DNA of 64,000 nt from Lama glama (lineage: Eukaryota): contig CM052817.1 in NCBI GenBank assembly GCA_028534125.1, positions 48,486,001-48,550,000 on the forward strand, written 5' to 3'. Below, piece by piece: positions 23,725 through 37,080 of this stretch. The translations under genes were made by a program, and so were the position numbers. The notes beneath the pieces are model-generated. The model did not search any database. It was not told the origin of the DNA and saw nothing but the letters and a program-made list of their open reading frames with translations. Numbering within the stretch: position 1 is the first letter of the stretch; every line of letters starts with the position of its first letter.

Positions 23725-25376
23725 CTGCCAAAAGAAAACAGTCCCAATTTATTCATTATTCAGAATGCTAAACAATGACGTTGCTACAGACATTTTCTTC
23801 TGTGTTGTCTTAGCTTAGGTATAAAGCTAAATAGCTTTTTTTTTTAATTAGGGAAGGAATTTAACTTTCAAAATATTTTCCTTCATTCTTTGTTCTACGT
23901 AGTTTCTTAATACATTCTCATAGAGTTTACAACAAATGATTTTCAGAGTAGATATTTTCTTTAATTATTGAGATTCAAAAGAAATTCAGAATGTATCCTA
24001 TTTACTTACAAAGTGGGCTCAAGGTATCAGTTACTTCTTAAGAGAAAAAATAAACACCCACCCCTCCCCCCAGCTGAGCTCTGGACAACTGGTGACACCA
24101 GGCATGGCTGTATCCAGCAGACTGTGTCACCCTCTAGACACGCAGCCAAGTAGTTGCCTTGACAACTTCTACAGCGTATACAACTCAAGGGGTTTTCTAC
24201 TCTGAATGACCAATGTAAAGTTCCAGACTGTGTTTCTACCAATGTTCTTAAGCCCTGCCTGGGCCATTTCTAGGGACAAAGTCTTTCTGTGGCACACACA
24301 CTGCTGTCTGCTCTGAACTGCTTGCCCATCAGCCTCCAAAAGCAGGACGCATGTTCTTAGACCACTCCTGGAAACCCCTGCACTGCAGGCTGATTCAAGA
24401 TTGAGAAATCTAAGGCGTCACTGGAAAAACAGGGTAAGATAGGCCAAGATTTTAAGTAAATCTCTGCAAGCCCTTTTAAGCAGATTTTATGTTTGCTAAA
24501 CTAATAAAGACAGCCTGCCACAGAGAGAATGGTACTTTGCACACGTTAAATCAGCGGTAATGAGTACTATGTAATATGTTTCCATTTACCACTTTCCTAT
24601 CCTCCAGCAAATTAGCAGCTCACTCTCTAGAAATTTTAAGTAAGAAGTTTATAAATTTGTCCTGCTTTGTTATATATAATATTTACAAAAAAGGTAATTT
24701 TTCCCCTTGTGGTTTGTCTTTGACAGAAAAAGTATTTCATGCTTTCCTGATTTATTATTTCAAGAGGCTGGCTTCTGTTTCCTGGGTCCCAGAGACGACC
24801 TTAAATCAGTTTTAGCTCCTTCACCACTACAGGTCTCTCTCCTGAGACTGTTCCTGCTGTTTAAACCCCTCTACATTACTTTCTCTTCCCCAAGCCTAGT
24901 TCCCTCTTTTTCTGATTTTCCCAAGAGAAGTACCCTGAGTATGCTAAAACTGAAAACTTCATAATCTGAAAAAGGTGCACAGAATCAAACCCACATCTAA
25001 GACAACTCTGTTAAAGGGGAATTCAGGGTTGGGGAGGGGTTATTATAACATATTACTAAAAATATTAGCCAGCAGAAGTCCAAGAAACAGTTATTTTTGT
25101 TAAAATACCAAAATGATCTTACTTAACAAATTGAAAGGAATAAGAGGGTCACTGGAAATCATGGTTATTGATCCTGTTTTCCAAATGAAATCAAGTTAGA
25201 GGGTGTCCCGGGGGCACTCAGAATCGAGCGTCTATGTGTCCACTCCAGCTCTTGCCGGCCGTCTACATACTCGAGGCCTTAGCTATTAAGCACTTGTTCC
25301 AGGAGAGAAAACGGTCCGGCCCATCAAGGTAGCCTCTAAAACTTAAGTAAATGAACAAGGGAATAACAAATATTAC

Positions 25377-25476
25377 CATTTTGGGTTCTTGCTTCTGGGA
25401 ACCCTTCCCTGGGCTGCTCCTGTGGTTTTGTAACCTTCTTTCTCTTTCCTGTTTTAGTTCTAACTCAAGCTGGTTC
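25377..25476 (-). CDS. RUFY3: RUFY3 long-isoform exon, 100 nt
   Basis: tcccag|GAACCAG...AAAATG|gtaata; NQLELELKQERERRLQNHRSSPGKGSQKQEPKM. Confidence 0.92.
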
Positions 25477-25686
25477 CTGGGATAGGTAGGAGAGGAAAAG
25501 GGTGAAAATTTTGATTTCTGTACTCATATTTTCTAAAGAATGCCAGACCCTTTTCTTAGAGTTCAATAAATAAGTTTTAATACTTGATTAATAAAAAGTT
25601 ACCAGATATAGATGGACAACCAGGTTTTAAAGTACTAAAATATAATACAATGAAACCAATAGCTCTAAAATACATTCCGGGGAGCT

Positions 25687-25820
25687 GGGGGGAAGGTATA
25701 GCTCAGTGGTAGAGTGCGTGCTCAGCATGCACAAGGTCCTGGGTTCAATCCCCAGTACCTCCATTTAAAAAATAAATAAATAAACAAAACTACCCCACCT
25801 CCGCTCTAAAAAAAAAAAAC
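25687..25820 (+). mobile_element. tRNA-derived SINE (camelid Vic-1-like)
   Basis: A box TATAGCTCAGTGGTAGAG, B box GGTTCAATCCC, then ...AGTACCTCCA and an A-rich tail. Confidence 0.8.
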
Positions 25821-26204
25821 ACCCAAAACATTCAACATGTTTAATCCTCCTTAGATGATTAAGAATGTACTTCAGGATCTCCCAGTGCCTGAGGGGTCAC
25901 CACTCTGAATATCAACATTTAATATTAAATCTTAATGAAGAGTGTGGTCAACTGAATGACAATTAGTAGGACTTACTACACTGAAAGATAGTATTTACTA
26001 ATCTTTAGCAAGATACAGTATGAAAGTGTTGACACCACAGTCCATTTACATATTAATTAGCTGGTCTCTCTTTACAATTATGTAGCCAATCCCCAGCGAT
26101 ACTCTCTACCACTGGCGTCCTTAGTAGCCGTGTGCTTTTATATCCAACAACACAGTCTGATTTGTTTGAAGTCAGTGCTTTAGGTACAGAAGGGAGTCTC
26201 ATCT

Positions 26205-26460
26205 GAGAGAGAGTACGGAAAAGTGGTTAAGGGCTTGGAGTCAGAGTGAAATAGGCTTTTAATTTTGGGTGTTACTACTTATTAGCTTAACTGTGTGAAT
26301 TTGGACAATTTCAGCCCTCTAAGCTTTAATTCCATCTAAAATGAGGGCAAAAGGATCACCTACAAATAGGTGACAGGGAGATGCTAGGAGAGAATGCACA
26401 TGAAATGCTTAGTAAAGTCTTCGGCACATGGTAAGAATTCAGGAACTCCCAACTGTGATT
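26205..26460 (+). mobile_element. MIR SINE (degenerate)
   Basis: agtggttaagggcttggagtcaga...tgtgaatttggacaa...ccctctaagc...catctaaaatgaggg. Confidence 0.55.
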
Positions 26461-26724
26461 ATTAGTGTTGTGTCGGCTGTTAATTCTCCTACTCCTCATT
26501 TATCTGGGATCTTGGGTTCCAATTTCCTAATTCTTTGATGGCAAAGGATGTTGACAAGATTTGGGGAATGCTGATGTATCTGAAGCTTTCTGAATTCTAA
26601 TTCTGGACAAAGGGCATGGGAGAGACAGAACGCACACGGCTGGCTCAGGAGACCCCCTTCTGATGCTGTCAGGCCTTAGCACTTCCCGCGACCACCCTGC
26701 CCGCTACAGCCGCCCTCTCTTCAC

Positions 26725-26844
26725 CGCTGCCTGGTGAGCTCCTCCACTTCCAGCTGCAGACTGTTGATCTTGTCTCCGAAGTCCTGCTTGAAGAGCCGGT
26801 TGTCCAACTCAGCAGACTGACGGCCTCGCTCAGCCTGGCGCAAT
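26725..26844 (-). CDS. RUFY3: RUFY3 first long-isoform-specific exon, 120 nt
   Basis: atccag|ATTGCGC...CAGCG|gtgaag; (R)LRQAERGRQSAELDNRLFKQDFGDKINSLQLEVEELTRQ(R). Confidence 0.93.
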
Positions 26845-27225
26845 CTGGATGTGAGCCATAGGAACTTGTGATAAAAAACAAAAGCCATGGTGGGGAGAAA
26901 GACCAAGTTCACAACACAAAATAAAATAACCCAAGGAAGAAGGCAGGGAGAGACAGAAAGAGGGAAAAAAAAAAAAAAACTTTGCAGGCCACAGGAAGAA
27001 ATTATAGGGGAAAAAAGATGATGAAGAAACAAATTTGTCTAAAAAAAGCAAGATGCAGGTGAACCAGGCAGAGGAAAAGTTGATTTTCCATTTTTTTTTT
27101 ATTCTAGTACTACGGTTTACAGCCATTAGATGATAAACAATAAAACATCACTTTTTAGAAAATCCATATCCAAAGCCAACCTCAAGTACACAGTAATTAA
27201 AGTCAAATCCACTTTTCTGTTTGTT

Positions 27226-29269
27226 TTTATTTCCTAATATGTTTGGTACTTTATATTTCTATTTTACACTCATAACTGGAACTTGCAAATGGGCAACTAC
27301 CTTCTTACAGGTGGAATTAAAACATTTTTAACATTTTCCTGGTCCCTTCCCTAAATCACACATTAATATTGAATCATCAGACATTATACATCAACCTTTA
27401 TTCAGGCTTCAAATTTTTACATAAAGAAAAGCCTTTGTCAGAGTTTGGCCATCTCTTTCCTTTTCCATTTCTACCGAGTGGCGTGTGACAAACAATTCAG
27501 CACTGGGCCTGCCTAAGCTTCCTGCCCAGACTCTGTGGAAGATTCTGATGAATGTTTTCTCCTACATATCCTATAACTTTGCACCTGTAAAGAAGCATGT
27601 TCGAAGGTGAAATGTCTGGGCCTATATATGATAGAATTTGGAAGCATGCTATGTGTACTCATTAAAATACTGTATTTTGGTGTTTGAGTACACCCTTCAA
27701 ATGCTTATAGAAGAGGCAACTCACCACCATAGAAGGTTGATGAAGTAAGAATAGGTGCAAAATTATAAGCGCTAACTAAGTTTAAAAGCACAGGATCTTC
27801 CATGAGGTTGGTCAGATGCTCTTTGCAAAGTCAAGTCTGCAAGGACCTGGAAAAACACACATAAAATCTATCTTACTCTCTTAATTCTGGTTTTTCCAAG
27901 AAGACAGTAAAGAATTTCAAGAGCTGGAAGCAAAGGGGCTATCTTTGACCCCGTCTAAGCAGCTGAAATGCTGCAAATCCTATCAGAATGAGAAAAAAGG
28001 AAAAAATTTTGCCAAGATTTTTTGAAGGAATATAGGCTTATGTAAAGACTGTCCCCCCTAAATCAAAAGTCATTAAAAAAAATCGAAGTATTTATAGGAG
28101 TATTACAATGTAAAGCCTGGAAACGGTTAGATCTGTGGTCACTTAGGAATAAAAGTCCCACTAATTACTGTCTAGGGACACCCACTGGGAATCTTTATTT
28201 TTAGACTAAATAATAATAATAATGAATATAAGTTTATCAATTTCCTACTCTGAAATGGTTTTCTAGTAATTAGACTGTTATTTTCCTAAAAACTTGAGCA
28301 AATCTCCAAATGAACAAAAAGTAACAGAAACTCTTAAATAAATGTAGCTGGCAAGAAACGAGAGGCAGGAAGCCATCATTCAAGTCTATGCCTTGTCGTC
28401 TTTACTCCAAAAGGAAAAGCAGGATAGATCTGAAAAATGTGTAGCTTTTTTTTTTTTTAAATAGGAGAGGAGTGTTTTTAATTAGAATTGTTCTCTCTGA
28501 GCTACCTCAACAGGAAGTGGAATTGCAGGAAGATGGCAGAGGTAGAAGATGACAAACATTAGAGGGCTTTCCCAAGGTTCCACATTATTGTGTTATCATA
28601 AGTTACCTAACTACTAACTTTATCCCTATGACTTTAAAGAAATGTAAGGACGCTGTTTCCCCTTCCCCAAAGTCACTAAGGCAAAAAAGTTGCAAGCAAT
28701 CTTGGCTACTGAGAATAGAACTGTAGTGAAATACTAAGTACTTGTCCTTGGCTTGGGGATTAAACCTAGGTAACAAAAGTGAAAAGGGGTCACGGCCTAA
28801 GAGACACAGAGCTACTTCAGAGCCCGAGACCAACGGTAGTCACCTCTCATTACATCGCAATGGCAGAACAGGCTCACGGACACAGACATCGCACCTAAAA
28901 ACTGGTATTGTCGGGGACTGGGTTGTAAAAGCATCGATCATATATGTACAGAGCTTCAATTCCCTAGGATTTTTTTTAATGGTGTGTTTATTTTATTGGG
29001 CAACTCAGAAGTAATTTCTCAAAGTTTACTTGGCATTTAATGAAGAATTTATGCTGAATTTTCTAACTCTGGGGAGAAAATGAAGAAGGAAAAATAAAAA
29101 CACAGCCTATATATCAAACTTCTTTTGTTTTTTAAGTCCAGCCAATTCAAAGTCAATTTTTGGTGACATTTTATATAGAATCAGAGCATAAATGCAATAA
29201 CTTTCTGATTTCTTCCCTTTACGATTAAGTTGTGACATCCAACTTGCGAGGTGACCAGCTGCAAAATGC
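27226..29269 (-). other. RUFY3: RUFY3 short-isoform 3' UTR; extent uncertain
   Basis: About 2 kb of repeat-poor sequence after the TAG; minus-strand AATAAA at 28987, 28194, 27397 and 27226. Confidence 0.5.
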
Positions 29270-29342
29270 CTAATGATGTTTTGGGATCAGTTTATTTGCT
29301 GCACTATTTAAGGTCTTTGCCTGTTTCACCAAATCCTTTTCA
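29270..29342 (-). CDS. RUFY3: RUFY3 short-isoform (singar-type, FYVE-less) terminal coding exon
   Basis: atatag|TGAAAAGGAT...CATCATTAG; (S)EKDLVKQAKTLNSAANKLIPKHH*. Confidence 0.92.
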
Positions 29343-30858
29343 CTATATTAATAAAATAAAAAATAAAAATGGAGTGAAAGGGGAATGAGAAAATGAATAA
29401 GTAGGAAAGACAAAAATAGCAAGAGAATAAGTCAGCTTATTCCTTGAAGAGATAAGTCATTACTTTAGGTCTGTTTGCTTTAAATGCTAAGACAAAAATC
29501 CATTGAAAAATAATCTGACACATTTCAAAAACATAATTCATGGACAGTAAAGTTGATTTTTTAAATCATAAACATGTAACTGCTATGAGCAACCACTTAG
29601 ATAGCTTCCTACTTTTTTTAAACTTTTAAAAAAGCTTATTTAAAATTCACCTAAAATCAGCCAAACAAGAGGTTTCAAGCTTGTTCATTAATTTGCAATT
29701 AACTTTTGAGTTAACGATAATATGGGGTGCTGTTCAGGACCCCCCTGGTAAAGTACCATCTGAATAAAAGAAGCCATCCACTCGTCCATTCATTCACACT
29801 TCTACTAAATGATTGCCCTGGACATTCAAGGTACTGTGACAGATTCAGTGAGGGAACTCAAAGGATTAGTTAACTAACCTCAAGGAACTCATACTCTCAT
29901 CAGATCAGTTACACTTATTAAGGCTTTATAAGGTGAGGCCGAAAGTGAGAAGTGCTATAAACATACGGACAGGTATAGCCATAAGACTATGGGAATTCCA
30001 GCAAGGACAGACGGGCAGTTTATTTCTAGCTGGGAAGAAGTATCAGAGTAAGCTCTGGGTAGGTGGCATTTGAGCATGAACGTAAAAATTGTATCTGGAG
30101 AACATGGGAGTGGGAAGAGGAAGGGCATTTCTAATTGGTCAAACTATTAAGAAAGATATGTCCAGGGGCCAGTAAGTAGTTTAGCTTTGCTCAAGAGCAA
30201 GAAGGGTGAGCAGTGGGTGTTACAGGTGGCAGCACAGGCTGACAACACTTAATGACCATGGCTCATTCAGTCTCGAAGTTTCAGCTGAGCCACCAGGAAG
30301 AGAAGAGAGTAGCACGGGGAGAGGATGTACTCTGGGCAGACTGAGCTGTGGGTACTGGTGGGAACAGCTGATCAGAGGGTGAAAATGCAAGACTGGGCTC
30401 CAGATGGGGGACAGAGCTGGAGACTGACAGATCTGAGAGTTGTGGGTGGGAGGCGACAGTGGGAGCCTTGGAACTAACTATTTAGGAGAAAACAGAGAAA
30501 AAAAGGAGATGGGAGAGGAGGGGAAAGGGGTTACAGTGATCAGAAGGGCCCTCAGCACCCCTCCACTGCCCAGCCCCAAAGCCTTCAAAGACTTGAGTGA
30601 TGAACAATAAAATAACACAGTCACAAACAGATTTAAAAGTCCTTTCATCCTTGTAAGTACCCCTCCTCTAACACATGACACTGAAATGTTTTTAGTGATA
30701 TCTTAAAAAACATACAATTTAATTGGCTTTCTTTCTACCAGCATGACTGATGTTAAGCGGGTAGAATTCCATATACTGTTTGCCAAACACACGCCACACT
30801 CTCATCACTTCCAGTACGGAACGCCCGAAGTGTTTCACTAAAGAAACAGCACTGTTAC

Positions 30859-30956
30859 CTTTGTTCCAGTTGTTTAATAGTAGCAGCCATCTGATTAGTC
30901 TTCTCTTCCAAGCGACTGTTTAGTTCACTTTTCTGTTTCACTCCTAAGTCTGAACT
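30859..30956 (-). CDS. RUFY3: RUFY3 last shared exon, 98 nt
   Basis: taacag|AGTTCA...CAAAG|gtaaca; SSDLGVKQKSELNSRLEEKTNQMAATIKQLEQ(S/R). Confidence 0.94.
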
Positions 30957-31443
30957 CTGTTAGGCAAAAGAGTTAGGAGTGATGTATATATAACACAAAA
31001 TACTGAAACAAATCACACATGCCTCTGCAACCTAATGGAAAGTGGGAAACAGAGAAATGGAAATGCCCGTATATTTGTATATGGGTTAATTCTCAAATGG
31101 AGGGAAAAATAAGAAACATTTAAAATTAGTATTGTGATGTGCAGTTCTGTCTCAAAAATCAACATCAGAAAGTACATCAATTTACCTATATAACTCAGTT
31201 GGCAGGTTAGGCTGGAGGGCAGAAATTATCCTACAGGATAAAGAAGAGCCCCTTGCCCCATTACAACGTGAAAAGTGACCGTGGCTCTCCAGAACAGCAG
31301 TCCAGGACCCTGTGACAGTCTGATTCCTAGAGTGGTTTACGTTTTCCTCTTGTATGTCAAGTGTGCTTCTAGAGAACGAGAGGGCAGAGGGAAGCCCCGG
31401 GACTTCAGAGAGTCAGTGAGCCTGTTTCTCATAGTTCTCTTAC

Positions 31444-31611
31444 CTGCAGCTTAAAGGCAAGTTCATGTTTAAGGGCCCTGAGGTCATCCAGCTGCTGCCG
31501 CAGAGACACCAGGGCATCCTGCTTCTCACAGACATCCTTCTCCAGCATCTTCATAGCCAGTTCCATCTCCTGCCTCATGCTGATCTGGATCTCCAGTTCT
31601 TTTTCAACATC
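31444..31611 (-). CDS. RUFY3: RUFY3 exon, 168 nt (coiled coil)
   Basis: gagcag|GATGTT...CTGCAG|gtaaga; DVEKELEIQISMRQEMELAMKMLEKDVCEKQDALVSLRQQLDDLRALKHELAFKLQ. Confidence 0.95.
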
Positions 31612-33215
31612 CTGCTCCACAAAGGGAAACAAACTGCTTACTCTCTCCTTCCTCAAGTGAAAACCCTAAAATTCCACAGGAAAAGGCAGACCAAAACTCT
31701 CAGGTCTGAAATCTGGCAAAATAGCTATAAGCTGTCATTCAATGCAGAGACATTAACAACAAGAATAATAACAACTAGGATAATTACTGTAACATTTATT
31801 CAATAATTTACAAATCTGAAAAGCTTGGTATGCCCCAGGTAATGCTATTTAATATGTCTAAAATGCATGCATCTTTGAGGCACTTCATTAGATATTCAAG
31901 TAGACAACTGACACCATGTCCTATTATAGAAATATACATAAAGTGTTACAGCGGTCAGCACAAAATGAAGCTGCCGGAATTTGGAGGCTGCTGCCATTTT
32001 CAAGAGCCCAAGGAACCCCAGAGATACTTTGGGTCCCCAGGGTAACATCTCACTTACTGGGAATGGTCAATATAGCTGACTGAATTTTTATACTCACTTA
32101 CCATGAAATCCTCTTTTATTTCAACCATTATTACTACAACATTATTTGGATAATCAGAGGTACAAAGATCTAAGGTTCTGCCCAGGGCTTATCTAGAACC
32201 TTGTCTCCTTGCTTGGTTCCCTTCCTTTTTAACAAACATTTACCTTAATGTGTTATGAGAATGCGGAAAACTCTGTGTAAGATTTTTTTCACTTGCCACT
32301 TAACTGAGGCACTCCTCTGTACACAGTTAGCATAAAAGAAAACAAATCAGACTGCTCCTTAAAATGCTGGCCTATAGTATTCCTAGGACCTTCCTTATGG
32401 CAAGTATATTGAGACTGAATCCACAAACGCATAGAAGGAAAATGATAATTATTTCAAGTTGTTATTATTGTTAAAGTAACATGATAAAATGACCTGAAGT
32501 TCTGTTTTATGCACTGAAAGTTTGTGATAAACTGTAAATTGGGTCAGTGCTTATTTTCAGGCTTCTCCCTATTCTTAGAGACATTATTGGCAGCGATCAT
32601 TTGGTTGTCATACTGTCTAAATTACAGGAGGAGTTGATGTACTAATACCATAGGTGCATTAATACACTGACCTTTGGATAAAATCTATTATAGGAGAATT
32701 ATTCCTTATTATATATCCTTATATATATGCATATATATATTCTTAATTTCCAAAAATATTTTAAGACTAATACTGATAACACATTTCTATTTATGTATAA
32801 GAACAAGAATAAACTCAGAAATAACAACTAAAAGTAAAAGAGTACAATTCTACATTAATGATTCTTAGTAAGGAGAGAGGGGAGGTCTCCTGCCCAGCCC
32901 AAGGAGACAGATCTTTGCAGGGGTAAGGCTGAGGTAGGAAGGGAGATATCTAATGTTTTTGCAACATGAACTATAAAAGTAAAAAGAAAATAAAAATAAG
33001 GTTTGGCAAAATCCTATTGGCTGTTGAGAATATTCAGAAAATGACTGAGGAAGCATTATAGGGAATATGGGTTATAAGAAAGAGAAACAACTTTATAGGA
33101 TCCATAAAATCTGTTAGAACACCACTGACAGTCCTTGGTGTGAGAGAGAAAGCCCCTCAGTCGGCTGTTAGGTTTTAATGTGTTCCTGAACTGTTGGAAT
33201 GTAGGCAAAGTTTAC

Positions 33216-33299
33216 CAGTCGTAGTTGTGTCTCCTCCTTTAAGTGCTTTCTTGCTTCACTCAGTGCTTGCCCTTCTGAAGTTCTGTCTGGCTTAGGACC
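33216..33299 (-). CDS. RUFY3: RUFY3 exon, 84 nt (AAG acceptor)
   Basis: ttcaag|GGTCCT...CGACTG|gtaaac; GPKPDRTSEGQALSEARKHLKEETQLRL. Confidence 0.93.
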
Positions 33300-33814
33300 C
33301 TTGAAAAGATAAATAAAATAGTACGTATTTAACGACTTAAAGAATCTATACGGTTGGCTGACACTAGCACTGCTATTCAGTAAAGAAAATGATCATATCT
33401 AGGCGCATATGAGGATGAGCAAAGCCAACAAAGAAACTGAAGAGGTTCACTAAGTTAAAAATTCTTAAGCTGAATGGGAGATTTCTTCTCATTTTATTTA
33501 AAGTCCTAAACAGTTTACCAAACCAAGTGGTAGAAGTCTTAAAAATCATCCTCTAAAAACAAAACAGCATTCACTATACACTATAAATTGGACCAAAGGT
33601 TCAAATGGTAATACTGTCCTCCTCCAGAGATCTCACATCTGGTGTCTCCGACCATCCACCAGATGATCCAACCAACCAGAGATCAGAGCTAAAGATGAGC
33701 AGCTCACCAGAAAATTCTTCAGAGCAGACAGTTTTTTTTTTTTTTAACAAACTCCACAAATAAAACTGAAACATATTACTCATGTTGGTCCCCACTCAGA
33801 GCCTGGTTATTAGT

Positions 33815-33988
33815 TTTTTTAAAAAAATATTTATTTATTATTGTATTATCTAATTAATTAATTAAAAAAAATTTGGTGGTGGGGTGGAGAGAATTAGGTT
33901 TGTTTATTTTTAGAGAAGGTACTGGGGATTGAACTCAGGACCTTGTAAATGCTAAGCACGCACTCTACCACTGAGCTATACCCTCCCC
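33815..33988 (-). mobile_element. tRNA-derived SINE (Vic-1-like)
   Basis: ggtactggggattgaactcaggaccttg...cactctaccactgagctataccctcccc is the reverse complement of the head seen at 25687; T-rich tail on the left. Confidence 0.8.
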
Positions 33989-34795
33989 ACCAGGAACCAT
34001 TTTAATAATTGGATTTCTGGATTCCTAGGTCACAGCAGGTTAAAAGCATGAGGATAAGGAGTAGGGAGACCTTTCTAGAAAGTAGTGCCAACAGCAGTAA
34101 GACGTAAGAGATGCCAGTGAAATAAAAGGCAGAAAACCACCCACAGTAATCTGGGAATATTTAAGTACAGGTGCTAGAAGCAATCAATTTCAACAGCTCC
34201 CTAAAGTAGCACCACTGTAATTCAGTACAGAGTTGCCAATGTTGATAATAATGATCTTCAGTCATCATAAAGGGCTAAATGTGTTAAGTTATATCCTCTA
34301 CTTAAGAAGGCTTAGAATTGTGCATACATAAAAGGTTTGCAAAATATGTTTAGACATCTATAAAAAGTTTGGCACTTTAAGGGACCGAGTTACCCAGAAA
34401 ATTCATTTGTGTAGTAACTCTTTCCTAGTGGTATCAGATAAACACTCCCTATAAAACAGTAACAAGGTCTAAAAATAATGGTATATTTAATATAATAGAA
34501 TACTTAAATACAGTACAAATCATTAGCACATAAAAACAAGGAATTGAATTCGACTATTTTCTCGAAGTCCCTAAACAGATTCAGGTGGTGGTGAAGCCAA
34601 GGAGTATCTGCCGAAGAGGGGGCACCGCCCTCCCATCACCTTCATCATTCATGAAATTCTGCACGAGTCTAGTGAGAACAGTACACTGGACATATGCAAA
34701 TGCTCGCTGCTTCCAAACAGTTCTCTGGAGGTTCCCTGACTGCTAACACACTGACATGCTCTCTAGGAATACTTTACAAATCCAGTAAGATTAAC

Positions 34796-34888
34796 CTTCC
34801 GATTAGATTCCAGTATGTAGGAGCTTTCCTCTTTAACTCGTTCCATTTCTTCTTGCAAGGTGATAATCCTGTTGTTTGCAACTGCAAG
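34796..34888 (-). CDS. RUFY3: RUFY3 exon, 93 nt
   Basis: caacag|CTTGCA...CGGAAG|gttaat; LAVANNRIITLQEEMERVKEESSYILESNRK. Confidence 0.94.
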
Positions 34889-36139
34889 CTGTTGACAAAA
34901 TGTGAAAAATAATCTTTTATCTTTCTTTTATTAACAGAGGGTAAGATAATTCATGATCTGCTAGAACATGATTTTCAGGCTTAGATATTTTTAGAAGGAA
35001 AGAAATCTGTCTATAACCCTGTAAAAATGTTCTTGTAGGGAACTTAGGAGAAATACCTTTAAAGATAAAAACAAAAAGCCTCTCCTGCTGCTGCTTTTTT
35101 GGTAAACTTTTTTCAGTACCAAAATGTTAACTTAAGATTGTTTACCTCAAGGGTGTCCTCATGGATAATTATATTTAGTTATAATACCTATTTCTAAAAT
35201 GTTTACGAGGTCACCTCATGCCTTGGGATCCATCTTACAAACCCTCCATAAAACCTTTTACAGATGATTTTTTAAAGGGTAAAGAAATGAACTCTAAAGT
35301 TCTCACTTTAAAAGATGCCACTAGGCATTGAAGAGATTTTTCATTTGGGGGCCTAAAGAGATAAGGTAATGTTATGAACAGTATATTGCTAAGGGAAACA
35401 AATCCCCATTTCACACGATAGAAGAACCAAGCGGAAACACTATCCTTCTCTGCACCTACCGAGCTCAGTTCCCCACAGGGAATGGAAGGTGCCTGAAGGA
35501 GGCTGGGAGAGCCAGCCCCTCTCAGCCGGGCCATCTGCCTTCTTGCCTCCACGTGGTTCCTCGTCTAACGTGTCAGTACAGAGAAGCCAGGCTCAGGCAC
35601 GATTTACAGGCAGTGCCAGCAGCCCACTTCTCTCTGCTCCACCGGCCTTGTAAAGCATAATGAAGTAACTCTGGGCAGGTGGGTCTGCTCTCTAGCACCA
35701 AGCGCGCCCTCAGACTGCTTCTGCCAAGGTCTTACCATCAGAGAAATGTTAGGAATGACGACTGCAGATCCAAGTGGGCTTTCTAAGTCAGCTTTACCAA
35801 CTTAAGTGGATGTTTACCTATCTGCATCTGCTCCATTCTTCTCACTTTGTCATATTGGTTCAAAACTCAGGAGGGGAAAGAAGGTCTTTTTTGTTTGTTT
35901 GTTTTTTACTGGTCCCCTTAAATCCAAAATAGATGGAAATGAGAGAAGGTGGACCTCATTAGGCTTATCTGCTCTTTATAAAGTCTATGCACAGCACTTA
36001 CCTATCTCTAAAAGTTTGAAGTTTCAAAAAACTAAATCTTACTGGTAAAATAAATAAATGAATGAATGAATACACTAATACTGTTGGTAAAATAAATCCA
36101 GGTCAAGAGAACAAGTCTTGTGACTGAAGGAATAAAATA

Positions 36140-36385
36140 ATCAACTGCATTTACTGAGTACATATGATGTGTCAGGCACTGGTCTAGGCCCTTATGCATT
36201 AAATCATTTAATTTGCACAAAAATCTTATTACTGTTCTTATCTTTATTTTACAGATAAGTAAACCAAGGAATAGAAAGAAGCTTAAGTAACTGACCCATG
36301 ATCAAAAAGCCAGCAAGTGCCAGAGCTGGGACATGAACCCAAGCAGTCCAGTGTTGGAGAGGCATGCTTAACTGCTATGCCCCAT
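36140..36385 (-). mobile_element. MIR SINE
   Basis: catttactgag...tgtgtcaggcactgg...attttacagataagtaaacc...agagctgggacatgaacccaagcagtc. Confidence 0.65.
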
Positions 36386-36634
36386 TGCCTCCATAGAATA
36401 GCAGTAGAATCACAGTAGAAAGTTTTGTGCAGAATATTTCAAAAGGCTTGTGGGATAAAATGCTAATGGTCATATCCATAAGTTAAAGTTTTAATATAAT
36501 TTAAGAATCTACATCCAAAAATTAAGCCCACAGAGCCGAGTAATAAGGAAGGTGTTGTAAAGTTATAACAATGAAAATGTTCATTCTGAAAAAATCTGAT
36601 TAGATGGCATTTCCTGACTAGGGTTTTAAGTTCC

Positions 36635-37080
36635 TTTTTTTATACCAATTTTTTTGAAGTATATTTGATTTACAACATTATATTAGTTTCAGGTATATAA
36701 CATAGTGATATAATATTTTTATAGATTATACTCTCTATATGTAAAATCTGTAGATTATAAATGTTTATTATATTATAGCCTTGAAGCTATTATAAAATAT
36801 TGGCTGTATTCCCTCTACTGTACAATATATCCTAGTAGCTTATTTATTTTATACATAACAGTTCACATGTCTTAATCCACTACCCCGACCTTGCCCCTCA
36901 CCACTTCCCTATCCCACTGTAACCACTAATTGTTCTCTACATCTGAGTCTGTTTCTGCTTTGTTATACTCATTTGTTTCATCTTTCAGATTCCACACGTA
37001 AGTGATAACATACATTATTTATCTTTCTCTGTCTAACTTATTTCACTAAGCATAATACCCTCCAGGTCCACCTATGCTGT
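36635..37080 (-). mobile_element. LINE-1 3' end (cetartiodactyl-type)
   Basis: Poly-T, then ttgaagtatatttgatttacaac...tttcagattccacacgtaagtgata...ttatttcactaagcataataccctccaggtcca. Confidence 0.75.

Noticed and set aside
25263..25376. In-frame read-through of a RUFY3 exon into the intron giving VIFVIPLFIYLSFRGYLDGPDRFLSWNKCLIAKASSM*
   Set aside because: 37 open codons is not unusual by chance, the hydrophobic run reflects T-rich intron sequence, and there is no transcript evidence.
25687..25765. tRNA-like sequence (also near 33915, 41188 and 51760)
   Set aside because: Four diverged copies with AT-rich tails, two with clear TSDs; these are SINEs, not tRNA genes.
31465..31806. 113-aa plus-strand ORF
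   Set aside because: Antisense to a coiled-coil RUFY3 exon; non-ATG start and no independent support.
33601..33795. Minus-strand ORF with a short inverted repeat (CATCTGGTG...CACCAGATG, 33636-33665) as a possible extra RUFY3 exon or hairpin
   Set aside because: Flanking exons already join in frame, there is no convincing donor, and a 9-bp stem is too short to be significant.
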